64,000 nucleotides of DNA from Candidatus Latescibacterota bacterium (GCA_965198115.1 OZ240241.1:3776001-3840000); one strand, 5' to 3'. Positions 19,353 to 30,150 are shown, counted from the first letter of the stretch. The notes: generated by a model from the letters alone, not told the origin. Numbers and translations: made by a program.

Positions 19353-19488
19353 GCCGCGCCGACCGCGTTCCGAGCGACTCGATTCTATTCCCTTTCATCC
19401 GACTGTGTCGTCCACGACAGAGGGCTATTCGTCTGTGGACCGACCGCCGGGATGTCAGGGATGTTTGTTTTTAGAGAGGATACTGCAG

Positions 19489-21063
19489 ATGGATGCAACG
19501 GTTGGGACGCTGCCGGTCGTGCTGCTTTCCGGCGGCCTCCTGTTTCTCGGGTTTATCCTGGGATGGCTTCTGAGTACCAGGGCTGCGCACAGCAAGATTC
19601 ACCGTGCGGAGTCGACGGCTGAGCAACTGATCGAAGATGCCAGGCAGGAGGCCGATTCGATGAAGCGAACGTCGGTACTGGAAGCTCGAGACCAGATGCA
19701 CGAAGAACGTATCGCGTTCGACCGGAAGATGGAGGCCGACCAGGAGGAGCTGAAGCACACACAGGTTCAGTTGACGAGCCTGGATCGGCAGCTTGAGAAG
19801 CGAGCGGACCTTCTGAATCACAAGGAAGAGACGATTCTACACCGAGACGAGGAACTCTCGGCGAAAGAAGAATCCGTTCAGGAGATGCAGGATACACTCC
19901 AGGAGGGTCTGCAGGAGCAGACTCGTCGGTTGGAACGCCTTGCGGAAATGTCCCGTCAGGAGGCGAAGCAGGCCCTCATCGAGTCACTCGAAGACGAGGC
20001 ACGAGAAGACGCCGGTTGGCGCATCAAGGAAATCCGGGACGAGGCCCTTACACGGGCCAACGAGGAGGCGCGAGAAATCATATCCAGTGCGATCCAGCGT
20101 CTGGCCTCGGATCACACGGTCGAGTCGACGGTTGCATCCGTCAGGCTGCCGAATGAAGAGATGAAGGGCCGCATTATCGGTCGAGAGGGTCGCAACATCC
20201 GAGCGTTCGAGATGGCAACGGGGGTCGATGTCATCGTGGACGACACACCAGAGGCGGTTGTGCTTTCGGGATTCGACCCGATACGCAGGGCGGTCGCGAA
20301 GATGTCGCTCGAACACCTGGTGACGGATGGTCGTATCCATCCCGGTCGCATCGAGGAAGTCGTACAAAGGTCGCAAGAGTCGATTCAAGAGGTCATCCGG
20401 GAGTCTGGAGAACAGGCGGCCTACGACATCGGTGTTACCCGATTACACGAGCGATTGCAAGAAATCCTCGGCCGGCTTCGCTTCCGTACGAGCTACGGAC
20501 AGAACATTCTCAACCACAGCAAAGAAGTTGCTTTCCTGACAGGGATGATGGCGACCCATCTGGGGTTGGACACTCAACTGGCCAAGCGCGCAGGGCTCCT
20601 GCACGATGTCGGGAAGGGTCTCTACCAGGAGGCTGAAGGTACTGTAGGCGAGGTCGGCGCCGATGTGGCTCGCAAATACGGAGAAAACGAGATCGTCGTG
20701 AATGCGATCGAATCGCACCACAAGGAGGCGGATCCTTCGTCGCTGATCTCGGTGCTCGTGGACGCGGCCGATTCGATTTCGCGCGATCGACCCGGTGCGC
20801 AGCGAGAGGTGATCGAAAACTACGTGCGACGGCTGCAGCGTCTGGAGGATCGTGCCCGCGGAATCGACGGCGTGGAACAGGTTTACGCCATCCAGGCGGG
20901 GCGGGAGGTTCGCGTTGTCGCGAACTCCGATCAGATGAGCGATCGGGACACGGAACGTCTGGCCGGAGAGATTTCCAAGGGGTTGGAGAAGGACACGACG
21001 TTCCCGGGCCCGGTTAAGGTCACCGTGATCCGTGAGACACGCGCAGTGGAGTTTGCAAGGTAG
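19489..21063 (+). CDS. rny: Ribonuclease Y
   Basis: N-terminal TM helix, coiled coil, KH (KGRIIGREGRNIR), HD (LLHDVGK), AIQAGREVRV. Confidence 0.97.
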   Translation: MDATVGTLPVVLLSGGLLFLGFILGWLLSTRAAHSKIHRAESTAEQLIEDARQEADSMKRTSVLEARDQMHEERIAFDRKMEADQEELKHTQVQLTSLDRQLEKRADLLNHKEETILHRDEELSAKEESVQEMQDTLQEGLQEQTRRLERLAEMSRQEAKQALIESLEDEAREDAGWRIKEIRDEALTRANEEAREIISSAIQRLASDHTVESTVASVRLPNEEMKGRIIGREGRNIRAFEMATGVDVIVDDTPEAVVLSGFDPIRRAVAKMSLEHLVTDGRIHPGRIEEVVQRSQESIQEVIRESGEQAAYDIGVTRLHERLQEILGRLRFRTSYGQNILNHSKEVAFLTGMMATHLGLDTQLAKRAGLLHDVGKGLYQEAEGTVGEVGADVARKYGENEIVVNAIESHHKEADPSSLISVLVDAADSISRDRPGAQREVIENYVRRLQRLEDRARGIDGVEQVYAIQAGREVRVVANSDQMSDRDTERLAGEISKGLEKDTTFPGPVKVTVIRETRAVEFAR

Positions 21064-21106
21064 TGCAATCGTTTCTTTCCGAGAGCCGGCGACACAGGGA
21101 GGGGAT

Positions 21107-21892
21107 GTGAAGATTCTGTTCGTGGGCGACGTGTATGGAAGGGCCGGGCGTCGGGCGGCTTCTGAATTGGTTCCGCAGCTGATGACCGATCACGCGGTCG
21201 ATTTCTGCATCATCAACGGCGAGAACGCAGCAGGCGGATTCGGAATCACCGAAAACCTCGGGAAGAAGCTCCACGCCTACGGCGCCGACGTGATTACGAC
21301 GGGAAACCACGTCTGGGACCAGAAGAGCGGCGTCCCTTATGTCCAATCAGGCGATCGGATCCTCAGACCCGCCAACTATCCACCTTCGGTCGGGGGAACG
21401 GGGAGCGGTTTGTTCGAGGCTCGGAACGGGCGGTTCGTGGGCGTCCTGAACATCCAGGGCCGTACGGGTCTGAGACCGGTGGACTGTCCCTTTCGCATCG
21501 GGCGGCGACTGGTCGACGACTTGAAGAAAGAGACACCGATCGTGTTCGTCGACTTTCACGCCGAGGCGACGTCCGAAAAGATCGCGATGGGCTGGTATCT
21601 CGACGGTCGAGCCAGCGCGGTCATCGGCACGCACACCCACGTGCAAACGGCGGACGAGCAGATCCTTCCCGGCGGCACGGCCTACATGACCGACTCCGGA
21701 ATGACGGGCCCCCACGACTCGGTGATCGGCGCCGAGAAAGAGGCTGTGATCCAGCAGTTCCTCGATCGGATGCCCACCCGCTACGAACCCGCGGAAGGGG
21801 ACACCAAGCTGTGCGGGGCGCTGATCGACGTGGACGACGACACCGGACGCTCCACCGCGATCGAGCGGCTGCGCATCGACGTTCCCGAATAG
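21107..21892 (+). CDS. ymdB: YmdB/TIGR00282 metallophosphoesterase
   Basis: GDVYG, NGENAAGG, TTGNH, DFHAEATSEK and GTHTHV motifs. Confidence 0.95.
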   Translation: MKILFVGDVYGRAGRRAASELVPQLMTDHAVDFCIINGENAAGGFGITENLGKKLHAYGADVITTGNHVWDQKSGVPYVQSGDRILRPANYPPSVGGTGSGLFEARNGRFVGVLNIQGRTGLRPVDCPFRIGRRLVDDLKKETPIVFVDFHAEATSEKIAMGWYLDGRASAVIGTHTHVQTADEQILPGGTAYMTDSGMTGPHDSVIGAEKEAVIQQFLDRMPTRYEPAEGDTKLCGALIDVDDDTGRSTAIERLRIDVPE

Positions 21893-22000
21893 CCAACGAC
21901 GGCGCGATTTCGATGCTCGGCGCGGATGCCGGACCCGTTTCCGCCACTCCCTCACGCGTCCCATTCTGTCTATATTCACTCTCGATTTCTCAGCCTTCCA

Positions 22001-23388
22001 GGTGAGGTCCCTATCCTAGTTGAAACTTAAAGGGCTCCAAACTTACGTTGTGGGTAGACGTGTGAGAGCGTGTACCCGTAAGAAAGGAGCCCACGATGGA
22101 GAAGCTATTTGCAGGGGATGGCGAAGTCAAGGTTGGGTCAGACGTTATGGATTTGGAGACGCGTTTATCGGTGATCCGGGCGCTGATTCCGCTGGGTCTG
22201 GAGGCCGTTGCCGACGTGCTCCAGCAGGAGGTGGAGCAGCTCGCAGGCGTTCGGTATGCGCGTAAGGGTTCAGAGCAGTCGCATCGTCGATGGGGAAGCC
22301 AGAAAGGGTCCGTGTATCTGATGGACCAGAAGCTGCCGGTGGCCGTTCCCCGTGTGCGCGACGTCGAGTCCGATACGGAGGTTTCTCTGGCCGCATACCG
22401 GGGGATGCAGAGGCCCAGAGCGATGGATGAGAAGCTGCTGCTTCGTGTGCTCAAGGGAATCTCCTGTCGCAACTACAGAGCCTGTGCAGAGTCGGTACCC
22501 GAAGCGTTCGGAATCTCGGCATCCTCCGTCTCGCGACGGTTCATCAAAGCCACCGCAAAGAAGCTGAAGCAGTTCCAGGAACGACCGCTCGACGACTACG
22601 ACTTGGTCGCCCTGTTCATCGACGGAAAGAGCTTTGCCGACGAAGAGATCGTGATCGCTCCGGGCGTCACGACGGACGGCCAGAAGATCCCCCTGGGCTT
22701 CGTCGAATCGGCGACGGAGAACGAACGGATCTGCCGTCAGCTGATCCAGGATCTCATCCGGAGAGGCCTGTGCTACGACCAGGGCCTTCTCGTTGTGCTG
22801 GACGGCTCAAAGGGACTCCGCAGTGCCGTCACCAAAGCCCTCAAAGGGGATGTGTGCGTGCATCGCTGTCAGTGGCACAAGCGCGAGAACGTCGTCAGCT
22901 ACCTCCCGGAGGCAGAACGTCCAAGAGTTCGACGGAAACTTCAGAAAGCCTATGACTGCGACACCTACGAGGAGGCAAAGGCCGCACTCGAATCACTCAA
23001 ACCCGAACTCAAGCTGATGAATCAGTCTGCCGTGGCAAGCCTCGAGGAAGGACTGGAGGAAACCCTGACCCTCCACCGGCTGGGGATGCTCCCGTTCTTG
23101 AAGCGAAGCTTCCGAACCACCAATTGCATCGAGGCGCTCAACAGCATGACCGGCAACCTGATACGGAAGGTCAACCGCTGGAACAACTCTCCTCAGCGAC
23201 ACAGATGGGTCGCGGCCGCACTCCTCGACATCGAACCACGCCTGCGACGCGTGAGCGGATACAAACACCTCCCGCTGCTCAGGCAAGCACTGAAAAACAA
23301 CCTGAATCTCGGCGACAATCAAGATGCTCGGCAGAGAGCATGAATACCACGGAGCCCGATGAGTTTCAACTGACTATGGGACTTGACC
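22001..23388 (+). mobile_element. IS256-family element type B, copy 2 (1388 bp)
   Basis: 8-bp DR GCCTTCCA (21993-22000, 23389-23396); inverted relative to copy 1. Confidence 0.94.
22096..23343 (+). CDS. IS256-family transposase
   Basis: Protein identical to 13904-15151. Confidence 0.94.
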   Translation: MEKLFAGDGEVKVGSDVMDLETRLSVIRALIPLGLEAVADVLQQEVEQLAGVRYARKGSEQSHRRWGSQKGSVYLMDQKLPVAVPRVRDVESDTEVSLAAYRGMQRPRAMDEKLLLRVLKGISCRNYRACAESVPEAFGISASSVSRRFIKATAKKLKQFQERPLDDYDLVALFIDGKSFADEEIVIAPGVTTDGQKIPLGFVESATENERICRQLIQDLIRRGLCYDQGLLVVLDGSKGLRSAVTKALKGDVCVHRCQWHKRENVVSYLPEAERPRVRRKLQKAYDCDTYEEAKAALESLKPELKLMNQSAVASLEEGLEETLTLHRLGMLPFLKRSFRTTNCIEALNSMTGNLIRKVNRWNNSPQRHRWVAAALLDIEPRLRRVSGYKHLPLLRQALKNNLNLGDNQDARQRA

Positions 23389-23418
23389 GCCTTCCATCCT
23401 TCCGGACAAACACCCACT

Positions 23419-24648
23419 TTGGCCGATCGACCCTACAGCGTTACTGAAGTCACGCGCTCTCTTCGACAGACGATCGAAATGGAGTTCCCCCCATTGTGGG
23501 TCGTCGGCGAGCTCGCCTCCTACACCGAGCACGCGTCGGGACACCGATACTTCACGCTCAAGGATGAACGTTCCCAGCTGCGTTGTGTGATGTGGCGATC
23601 GACGGAGCTGCGGGACTTCAAGCCCGAATCGGGAATGGAGGTCGTGGCGCGTGGGCGACTGACGGTTTACGAACGAAGCGGGCAGTATCAGCTGACGGTA
23701 CAGCGATTGATGCCTGCAGGAATGGGTGCCCAGCAGCAGGCGCTCGAGGCCCTCAAACGCAAGCTGCAAAAGGAAGGGCTGTTCGACGAAGCGCGGAAGC
23801 GACCATTGCCCACCTTCCCTGCTGCCGCCGGAGTTCTCACCTCCTCCTCAGGCGCCGCGATTCGGGACATTCTGAACGTGCTGTCCCGACGCTTCGCCGG
23901 CCTGCACGTGGTGTTTCGTCCAGCCGTCGTTCAGGGTGCCGAGGCTGCGTCGAGTATCGCTCAGGGAGTGGCAGACCTGAACGCATTCGGTGGGCTCGAC
24001 GTACTGATTGTTGGCCGTGGGGGAGGAGCCGCCGAGGACCTCGCCGCTTTCAATACCGAGAGAGTCGTGCGAGCGGTGGCTGCGAGCGTCGTGCCGGTGA
24101 TTTCCGCCGTGGGTCACGAAATCGACTACACGCTGACGGATCTGGTGGCCGATGTGCGTGCGCCTACGCCCTCGGCGGCGGCCGAACTGGTGGTGCGAGA
24201 TGCGGGCGATCTGCGGTCCCGTGTGCGCGATCTGCATGGGCGCTTAGTGGACACGATGGATCGTCTCATCACAGAGAGCGACGAGCTGCTGGAGGGCTAC
24301 GGCGAGCGATACGGGCTCAGGCGTGTAGAAGATCTGTTGACGCAACACGTGCAGACGATCGACGATCTGGAACACGGTCTTGGTCGTGAAACGAGTCAGG
24401 TGTTCGAACGACACTACGCGGACTATCGCAGACTGACAGCCACGCTCGATACGTTGAGCCCCCTGTCGGTACTGAGCCGTGGCTACAGTATCGCCCAGCG
24501 GGTGGACAGTGGGGAACCCGTTCGGGACGCAGGCACGCTGACACAAGGAGATCGACTGTCGATTCGGCTGCACAAGGGGCAAGTTGGCGCGACGGTCGAC
24601 ACCGTCGAACCGGAAGACGAGGATGGACAGTTTAGATTGAAGATTTGA
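23419..24648 (+). CDS. xseA: Exodeoxyribonuclease VII large subunit
   Basis: SGHRYFTLKD, GAAIRD, GRGGG, SAVGHE and APTPSAAAE motifs; the track start 23383 lies inside the IS. Confidence 0.96.
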   Translation: MADRPYSVTEVTRSLRQTIEMEFPPLWVVGELASYTEHASGHRYFTLKDERSQLRCVMWRSTELRDFKPESGMEVVARGRLTVYERSGQYQLTVQRLMPAGMGAQQQALEALKRKLQKEGLFDEARKRPLPTFPAAAGVLTSSSGAAIRDILNVLSRRFAGLHVVFRPAVVQGAEAASSIAQGVADLNAFGGLDVLIVGRGGGAAEDLAAFNTERVVRAVAASVVPVISAVGHEIDYTLTDLVADVRAPTPSAAAELVVRDAGDLRSRVRDLHGRLVDTMDRLITESDELLEGYGERYGLRRVEDLLTQHVQTIDDLEHGLGRETSQVFERHYADYRRLTATLDTLSPLSVLSRGYSIAQRVDSGEPVRDAGTLTQGDRLSIRLHKGQVGATVDTVEPEDEDGQFRLKI

Positions 24649-24717
24649 CATCGAGAATCGAGAATTGAAGACCGGTGTTCCGCTATTCAGTTCTCGATAT
24701 CGATTCTCCGTATTCAA
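24631..24717. repeat. Inverted degenerate heptamer array
   Basis: TTTAGAT TGAAGAT TTGACAT CGAGAAT CGAGAAT TGAAGAC, then complementary ATTCAGT TCTCGAT...TCTCCGT ATTCAAT. Confidence 0.6.
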
Positions 24718-24735
24718 TGCTTCGCGTAGCCGGAG

Positions 24736-25005
24736 GTGAACATGAGCGAGGAAGAAGAAGACGTTTCCTTCGAGGCGTCGCTTAAGGAATTAGAAGAGGC
24801 GGTCGATCGGCTCGAGACGGGAAACCTTCCGCTCGACGACGCGCTGAAATATTTCGAGGTGGGTTTAAAGGCGTCCAACGTCTGCCGTGCGAAGCTGGAG
24901 GAGGCCAAGCAACGCGTCGATGTCCTTATGAAGGAGAGTGGTGGGGCCCTGAGTCTGACACCGTTCGACGAGGACGAGTCGCCGGAAGAAGGCGCATCGC
25001 AGTAG
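24736..25005 (+). CDS. xseB: Exodeoxyribonuclease VII small subunit
   Basis: SFEASLKELEEAVDRLETGNLPLDDALKYFEVG. Confidence 0.95.
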   Translation: MNMSEEEEDVSFEASLKELEEAVDRLETGNLPLDDALKYFEVGLKASNVCRAKLEEAKQRVDVLMKESGGALSLTPFDEDESPEEGASQ

Positions 25006-25108
25006 GGTGTTCCCGACGGACCGCCTTGTCGGTGCCAGGAGATCTGGGTATTATGATGGCCGTCCAGGAGCTGAACGTGTTGTGGTTCAAAAAGATACGG
25101 GCGTTGCA

Positions 25109-25984
25109 ATGAATCGCATCGGGGTGTTCGCGAATGTGACGCGCGACGGTATGGGTCGACACGTCGAACGTCTTGCGTCGCTCGTCTCCGACCGAGGGGT
25201 CGAGGTCGTGCTGTTCGAGGATCTGGCCGACGTTTGTGCCGAATCGTCCCACGCCTTCGTCGACGGCGCCACCCTCGCACAACAGGCGGAGCTGGTGATC
25301 GCCATGGGGGGCGACGGGACGCTCCTACGGGCGGCCGCGTTGGTGCGGGAGACAGGCACGCCGATCCTCGGCGTCAACCTCGGGCGCCTTGGATTTCTCG
25401 CGGGCGCGGCGCCCGACACGCTCGACCGAAGTCTCGACCGGCTGACGAGCGGCGACTATGAAGTCGAGGAACGGCTCGCGCTCGAGGCTGTCGCGGATGG
25501 CAAAACGGCCTTTAGCCTGAACGAGTTCGTGATCGAACGCGGCACACTCGCCCGGATCATCCAGCTGACGACGCGGATCGACGAGGAATTGGTCAGCGCC
25601 TTTTGGGGCAATGGCCTGATCGTCTCGACGCCGACGGGATCGACGAGCTACAGCCTGTCGGGAGGCGGCCCTGTTCTGCACCCCTCGCTGGAGGCTGTGG
25701 TCATCACGCCGCTTTGCCCACACGCTTTGTCGCAGCGGCCGATCGTCGTGCCCGGGCACCAGACGATCGAAATCGAAGTGTTCGCAGAACACCAGGACAT
25801 CATCCTGACGGCGGACGGGTTGACGGTGACCAGCCTCGAGCCGGCCGATCGGGTAACGATTCGCACCGCGGACCGACCGGTCCGGCTGGTCAACCTGCAG
25901 GGTCTGTCGTTTTACGAACTGCTTCGGACAAAGCTCGACTGGAGCCTCGCCGATCCGGCTTCGGAGAGTCCAGACAGTGCTTAA
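25109..25984 (+). CDS. nadK: NAD kinase
   Basis: GGDGTLL, NLGRLGFL, LNE and STPTGSTSYSLSGGGP motifs. Confidence 0.96.
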   Translation: MNRIGVFANVTRDGMGRHVERLASLVSDRGVEVVLFEDLADVCAESSHAFVDGATLAQQAELVIAMGGDGTLLRAAALVRETGTPILGVNLGRLGFLAGAAPDTLDRSLDRLTSGDYEVEERLALEAVADGKTAFSLNEFVIERGTLARIIQLTTRIDEELVSAFWGNGLIVSTPTGSTSYSLSGGGPVLHPSLEAVVITPLCPHALSQRPIVVPGHQTIEIEVFAEHQDIILTADGLTVTSLEPADRVTIRTADRPVRLVNLQGLSFYELLRTKLDWSLADPASESPDSA

Positions 25985-27677
25985 CCGCCTGCGAGTCTCG
26001 CACTACGCCCTAATCGACGAGGTCGAGATCGAATTCGGCGCCGGTCTGAACATCATCACGGGCGAAACGGGAGCGGGTAAGTCGATCCTGATGGGTGCGC
26101 TGGGCCTCGTCCTCGGTGTTCGAGCCAACGCCGACGTCATTCGAACGGGGGAGTCACGCTGCTCGGTCGAGGCGATTTTCGAATTCACTTCCGGTCATCC
26201 GTCCCTCGGGCTACTGGAAGCCATGGGTGTCGACGTCGACGATGGCGAGCTGATCTTGCGGCGAGAGGTCAACGTAGAGGGCCGGAGCCGCTGTTTTGCC
26301 AACGGGTCGGCGATTCCCGTTCGGTCCCTCCAGTCACTCGGGCGTCTGTTGGTCGATCTGCACGGGCAACACGATCATCAGTCGTTGCTCGACACGGATC
26401 GTCACCTCGAGTTTCTGGATGGATACGCTGGACACCCAGATCGGGTCGATGCGGTTAGAGAGTGCTACGGGGAGCTGTCGCTGCTGCGTGCACGACTGAA
26501 CGGCCTGGACACCGAATCGGCACGTCTGGGAGAACGGCGTGAATTGCTGTCATTCCAGCTCGACGAGATCGAAACGGCGGCGGTCGAGTCTGGCGAGGAC
26601 GAGGCGCTCGCGAACGAACGATCCCTGCTCGAGAACGCAGAGCGGCTGATCGAGACGGCCACACAGATCGAGCAGCTGCTGTATCAGGCCGAAGACTCAA
26701 TCGCCGATCGTGTGGGGTTGGCAGAAAATCTGCTAAGCGACGCCGCCCAGGTCGACACATCGTTGGCATCCCGTCTGAAAGAGCTCGAGGCGATCGGCTA
26801 CGAAGTCGAGGAGCTGTCGCGGTTCTTCACCAGTTATGGTCAGACGATCGAACACGATCCTGAACGGCTCTCGGTTGTCGTGGATCGCATCGAAACGCTC
26901 AGCCGGTTGAAGACGAAGTATGGGGGGGCCATCGCAGCGATTCTGTCGTATGCCCAAGACGCGCGCGAGGAACTCACCAGGGCAGATGCGTCTGACGCCG
27001 ATCAGCGAGCCGTCCTCGAAGAGATCGAGGCGGTTCGTGTCCGATTCGTCGAAGCGTGTGATCGGCTCTCGAGATCGCGTCTCGATGCCGCGGAAAGGAT
27101 GACGGCGGACATCGAGTCTTCGCTGGCCGAATTGGGGATGCCGGATGTGAAGTTCGAAGTGGTTTTCGTGCGAGACTCCGCGCCGGAGGGTGAAGTCGAA
27201 ATCGAAGGAGCGCGCTATGCCGCCGGAGCAGACGGGGCCGAGCGATGTGAGTTTCACCTGTCGACGAACCCCGGTGAAGCCGTGAGACCGCTCGTCCGCA
27301 TTGCGTCCGGGGGAGAGATTTCGAGGATCATGTTGGCTCTCAAATCGGTTCTGGCGCAGATGGATACGGTTCAGGTCTTGATCTTCGACGAGATCGATCT
27401 CGGCATCTCCGGGCGTGTCGCGGAGGTCGTCGGCCGGAGACTCAAGTCTCTGGCAGATACGTGCCAGACCGTGTCGATTACGCATCTGCCGCAGATCGCG
27501 AAGATGGCCGATCGGCATTTCTCCGTGCGGAAGGAGACGGACGGGGTCAGGACCGAGACGTTCGTTCGCCCCCTCGACGACGAGGAACGGATCGACGAGT
27601 TGGCCAAATTGCTGGGTGGCGAAGAGATATCGACCCTGACGGTCGAGCACGCACGGGAAATGTTGTCGAAGAACTGA
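25977..27677 (+). CDS. recN: DNA repair protein RecN
   Basis: GETGAGKS, LHGQHDHQ, ASGGEISR, FDEID and ITHLPQIA motifs. Confidence 0.97.
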   Translation: MLNRLRVSHYALIDEVEIEFGAGLNIITGETGAGKSILMGALGLVLGVRANADVIRTGESRCSVEAIFEFTSGHPSLGLLEAMGVDVDDGELILRREVNVEGRSRCFANGSAIPVRSLQSLGRLLVDLHGQHDHQSLLDTDRHLEFLDGYAGHPDRVDAVRECYGELSLLRARLNGLDTESARLGERRELLSFQLDEIETAAVESGEDEALANERSLLENAERLIETATQIEQLLYQAEDSIADRVGLAENLLSDAAQVDTSLASRLKELEAIGYEVEELSRFFTSYGQTIEHDPERLSVVVDRIETLSRLKTKYGGAIAAILSYAQDAREELTRADASDADQRAVLEEIEAVRVRFVEACDRLSRSRLDAAERMTADIESSLAELGMPDVKFEVVFVRDSAPEGEVEIEGARYAAGADGAERCEFHLSTNPGEAVRPLVRIASGGEISRIMLALKSVLAQMDTVQVLIFDEIDLGISGRVAEVVGRRLKSLADTCQTVSITHLPQIAKMADRHFSVRKETDGVRTETFVRPLDDEERIDELAKLLGGEEISTLTVEHAREMLSKN

Positions 27678-27687
27678 GGAGCACGCT

Positions 27688-28833
27688 TTGGAGTGGATGA
27701 TCACCGATGACCTAAAGCCGATTCACGAGAAGGTCGTGGCTGGGCAACGACTGACGCTCGACGACGGAATGGCACTTTACGAGGCCGAGCTGAACGGCGT
27801 AGGCGCGTTGGCAAACATCATGCGTGAAAGGATGTGCGGGAACACGGCCTGGTACGTTCGCAACCAGCACATCAACTACACGAATGTTTGCAACAAGCTC
27901 TGCAAATTCTGCTCTTTCTACGTTGCGCCAAAGGATGATCGGGGCTACGTCCTCTCGCCGGACGATGTGCAAGACCGGGTTCGCCAGCACCTGGGGATTC
28001 CGATCACGGAAATCCACATGGTCGCGGGCATCAACCCGAAACTGCCCTACCACTACTACATCGACATCGTGCGCGCGGTGAAGGAGATCCGGCCGGACGT
28101 GGCGGTGAAGGCGTTTACGGCGATCGAGTGGGTACAGATCGCGCGTGCGGCGAAGAAGCCGCTCAAAGAGGTGATGCTCGAGCTGAAGGCCGAAGGGGTG
28201 TCGTCTATCCCGGGCGGGGGTGCGGAGGTGTTCAGCGAGCGCGTGCAGGACGAGATGTTCTGGACGAAAGCGGATTCCGAAGAGTGGCTGGACGTCGCCA
28301 GGACAGCGCACGAAGTCGGGCTGCATTCGAACGCGACGATGCTCTACGGCCATATCGAGAATCCGCGCGAGCGGGTCGAACACCTCGTGGCGCTGCGTGA
28401 CCTGCAGGATGAGACGGGTGGGTTTCTATGCTACATTCCCCTGTCCTTTCATCCGGAGAGGACAGAGATCGACCACTTGCCCGGCCCGACGGGGATTCAA
28501 GACCTGCGTGAGATCGCCGTGGGACGTCTGATGCTCGATAATTTCCCGCACGTCAAGACGTTCTGGATCATGAATACGATCGAAGTGTCTCAGGTCGCGC
28601 TTTGGTATGGGGCCGACGATGTCGATGGTACGATTCAGGAGTACGAAATCACGCGCCGCACCGAGGAGGAAACCCGGCAGGTGTTGACGAGAGGCCAGCT
28701 CGTCGAGCGGATCGTCGAGGCTGGACGCGACCCTGTCGAGCGCGACAACGTCTACAATGTTCTTTCGTCAAGCCGCGAAGTCGAAGACAGCGAACCCGTG
28801 GGGGTGTCGGGAGAGATGCCCATCGCTTCGTAG
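27688..28833 (+). CDS. mqnE: Aminofutalosine synthase (radical SAM)
   Basis: NYTNVCNKLCKFC, VKAFTAIE, PGGGAE, IPLSFHP and HVKTFW motifs. Confidence 0.9.
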   Translation: MEWMITDDLKPIHEKVVAGQRLTLDDGMALYEAELNGVGALANIMRERMCGNTAWYVRNQHINYTNVCNKLCKFCSFYVAPKDDRGYVLSPDDVQDRVRQHLGIPITEIHMVAGINPKLPYHYYIDIVRAVKEIRPDVAVKAFTAIEWVQIARAAKKPLKEVMLELKAEGVSSIPGGGAEVFSERVQDEMFWTKADSEEWLDVARTAHEVGLHSNATMLYGHIENPRERVEHLVALRDLQDETGGFLCYIPLSFHPERTEIDHLPGPTGIQDLREIAVGRLMLDNFPHVKTFWIMNTIEVSQVALWYGADDVDGTIQEYEITRRTEEETRQVLTRGQLVERIVEAGRDPVERDNVYNVLSSSREVEDSEPVGVSGEMPIAS

Positions 28834-28841
28834 AGGCAACA

Positions 28842-28879
28842 CACTTCGACTCCGCTCAGTGCAGGCTTCGGCGCGAAGC
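28842..28879. repeat. REP-like element CTTCGACTCCGCTCAG plus short hairpin
   Basis: CACTTCGACTCCGCTCAGTG resembles a widespread extragenic palindrome type; followed by GCTTCGGCGCGAAGC. Confidence 0.45.
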
Positions 28880-28943
28880 CACGAAGAAGAGCATATACGG
28901 TGAGAGTGGCCTCCGGGCCACGAACCGCTGCCAAAGGAACCAG

Positions 28944-30047
28944 ATGAGCTTCAACGATATCGCACAGAAAGTGACCTCTGACGAGCGGATTTCGTCAGAA
29001 GAAGCCCGATTCTTGTTCGACTATCCCAACGTGACAGAGATTGGGATGCTGGCCGACCACGTGCGTCGTCGTCTTCATCCCGAAAGTCGCGTGACCTACA
29101 ACATCGGACGTAACATCAACTACACGAACGTCTGTTGGGTAAAGTGTGACTTCTGCGCCTTTTATCGTCCGCCCGGATCCTCGGAGGGATGGACGATTCC
29201 GAAGGAGCAAATCTTCGAAAAGATCGACGAGCTGGTCGAGGTCGGGGGAAACGAGACCAAAGCGAATGAGATTCTGATGCAGGGGGGCCTGAATCCGAAG
29301 CTTCGGATCGATTACTACGAAGATCTGTTCTCGTCGATCAAGGAACGTTACCCCGAAATCCATCAGCACTGTCTGTCAGCGACGGAGATTCTCTACATCG
29401 CGCACATCTCTCGGCTGTCGCTCGAAGACTGCATCAGGCGGCTGCGGGATGCAGGGTTGGACTCGATTCCGGGTGCCGGGGCAGAGATTCTGTCCGATGA
29501 GGTGCGAGACATCATCGGGTTCCGCAAGGATCGAACCCACGAATGGCTGGAAGTGCATCGTGTCGCTCACAAGCTGGGGATGCACACGACGGCCACGATG
29601 ATGTATGGTCACGTTGAGACGATCGATCAACGGGTCGAACACCTCGAACACGTGCGTAACCTGCAGGACGAAACAGGTGGCCTGACTGCGTTTATCGCTT
29701 GGAACTTCCAGCCCGATTCGACCGATCTCGCCGCGGATGAGGGCCGATGGGACGGCAAGAAAGCGACCGGTTTCGACTATCTGCGAACGATCGCTATTGC
29801 CCGCTGTTATTTGGACAACATTCCGAGTTTTCAGGCGTCGTGGGTTACTCAGGGTCCCAAGGTTGCGCAGATCAGTCTCAAGTACGGGGTGAACGATTTC
29901 GGAAGTACGATGATGGAGGAGAACGTCGTGTCGGCTGCGGGAACGAGCCACACGGGCGAAATGACCCTGCAGGAAATGCAACGACTGGTTCGCGACGCCG
30001 GCTACATCCCGGTCCGTCGTAACACGCGCTACGATATTCTCAATTAA
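28944..30047 (+). CDS. mqnC: Cyclic dehypoxanthinyl futalosine synthase (radical SAM)
   Basis: RNINYTNVC, LMQGG, ASWVTQG and NDFGSTMMEENVV motifs. Confidence 0.92.
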   Translation: MSFNDIAQKVTSDERISSEEARFLFDYPNVTEIGMLADHVRRRLHPESRVTYNIGRNINYTNVCWVKCDFCAFYRPPGSSEGWTIPKEQIFEKIDELVEVGGNETKANEILMQGGLNPKLRIDYYEDLFSSIKERYPEIHQHCLSATEILYIAHISRLSLEDCIRRLRDAGLDSIPGAGAEILSDEVRDIIGFRKDRTHEWLEVHRVAHKLGMHTTATMMYGHVETIDQRVEHLEHVRNLQDETGGLTAFIAWNFQPDSTDLAADEGRWDGKKATGFDYLRTIAIARCYLDNIPSFQASWVTQGPKVAQISLKYGVNDFGSTMMEENVVSAAGTSHTGEMTLQEMQRLVRDAGYIPVRRNTRYDILN

Positions 30048-30150
30048 AGGCGACACGAAGGCAAGAAGGCGCGAGGAAGAGATAGGGCCCGAAAGGCGGT
30101 GGCTGTGCCCGCCCACAGGGCTTTCCTTCGCGTCTTGGCGCCTTCGTGTT
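30048..30150. repeat. Inverted degenerate 9-mer repeat element
   Basis: ACACGAAGGCAAGAAGGCGCGAGG ... CCTTCGCGTCTTGGCGCCTTCGTGT. Confidence 0.55.
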
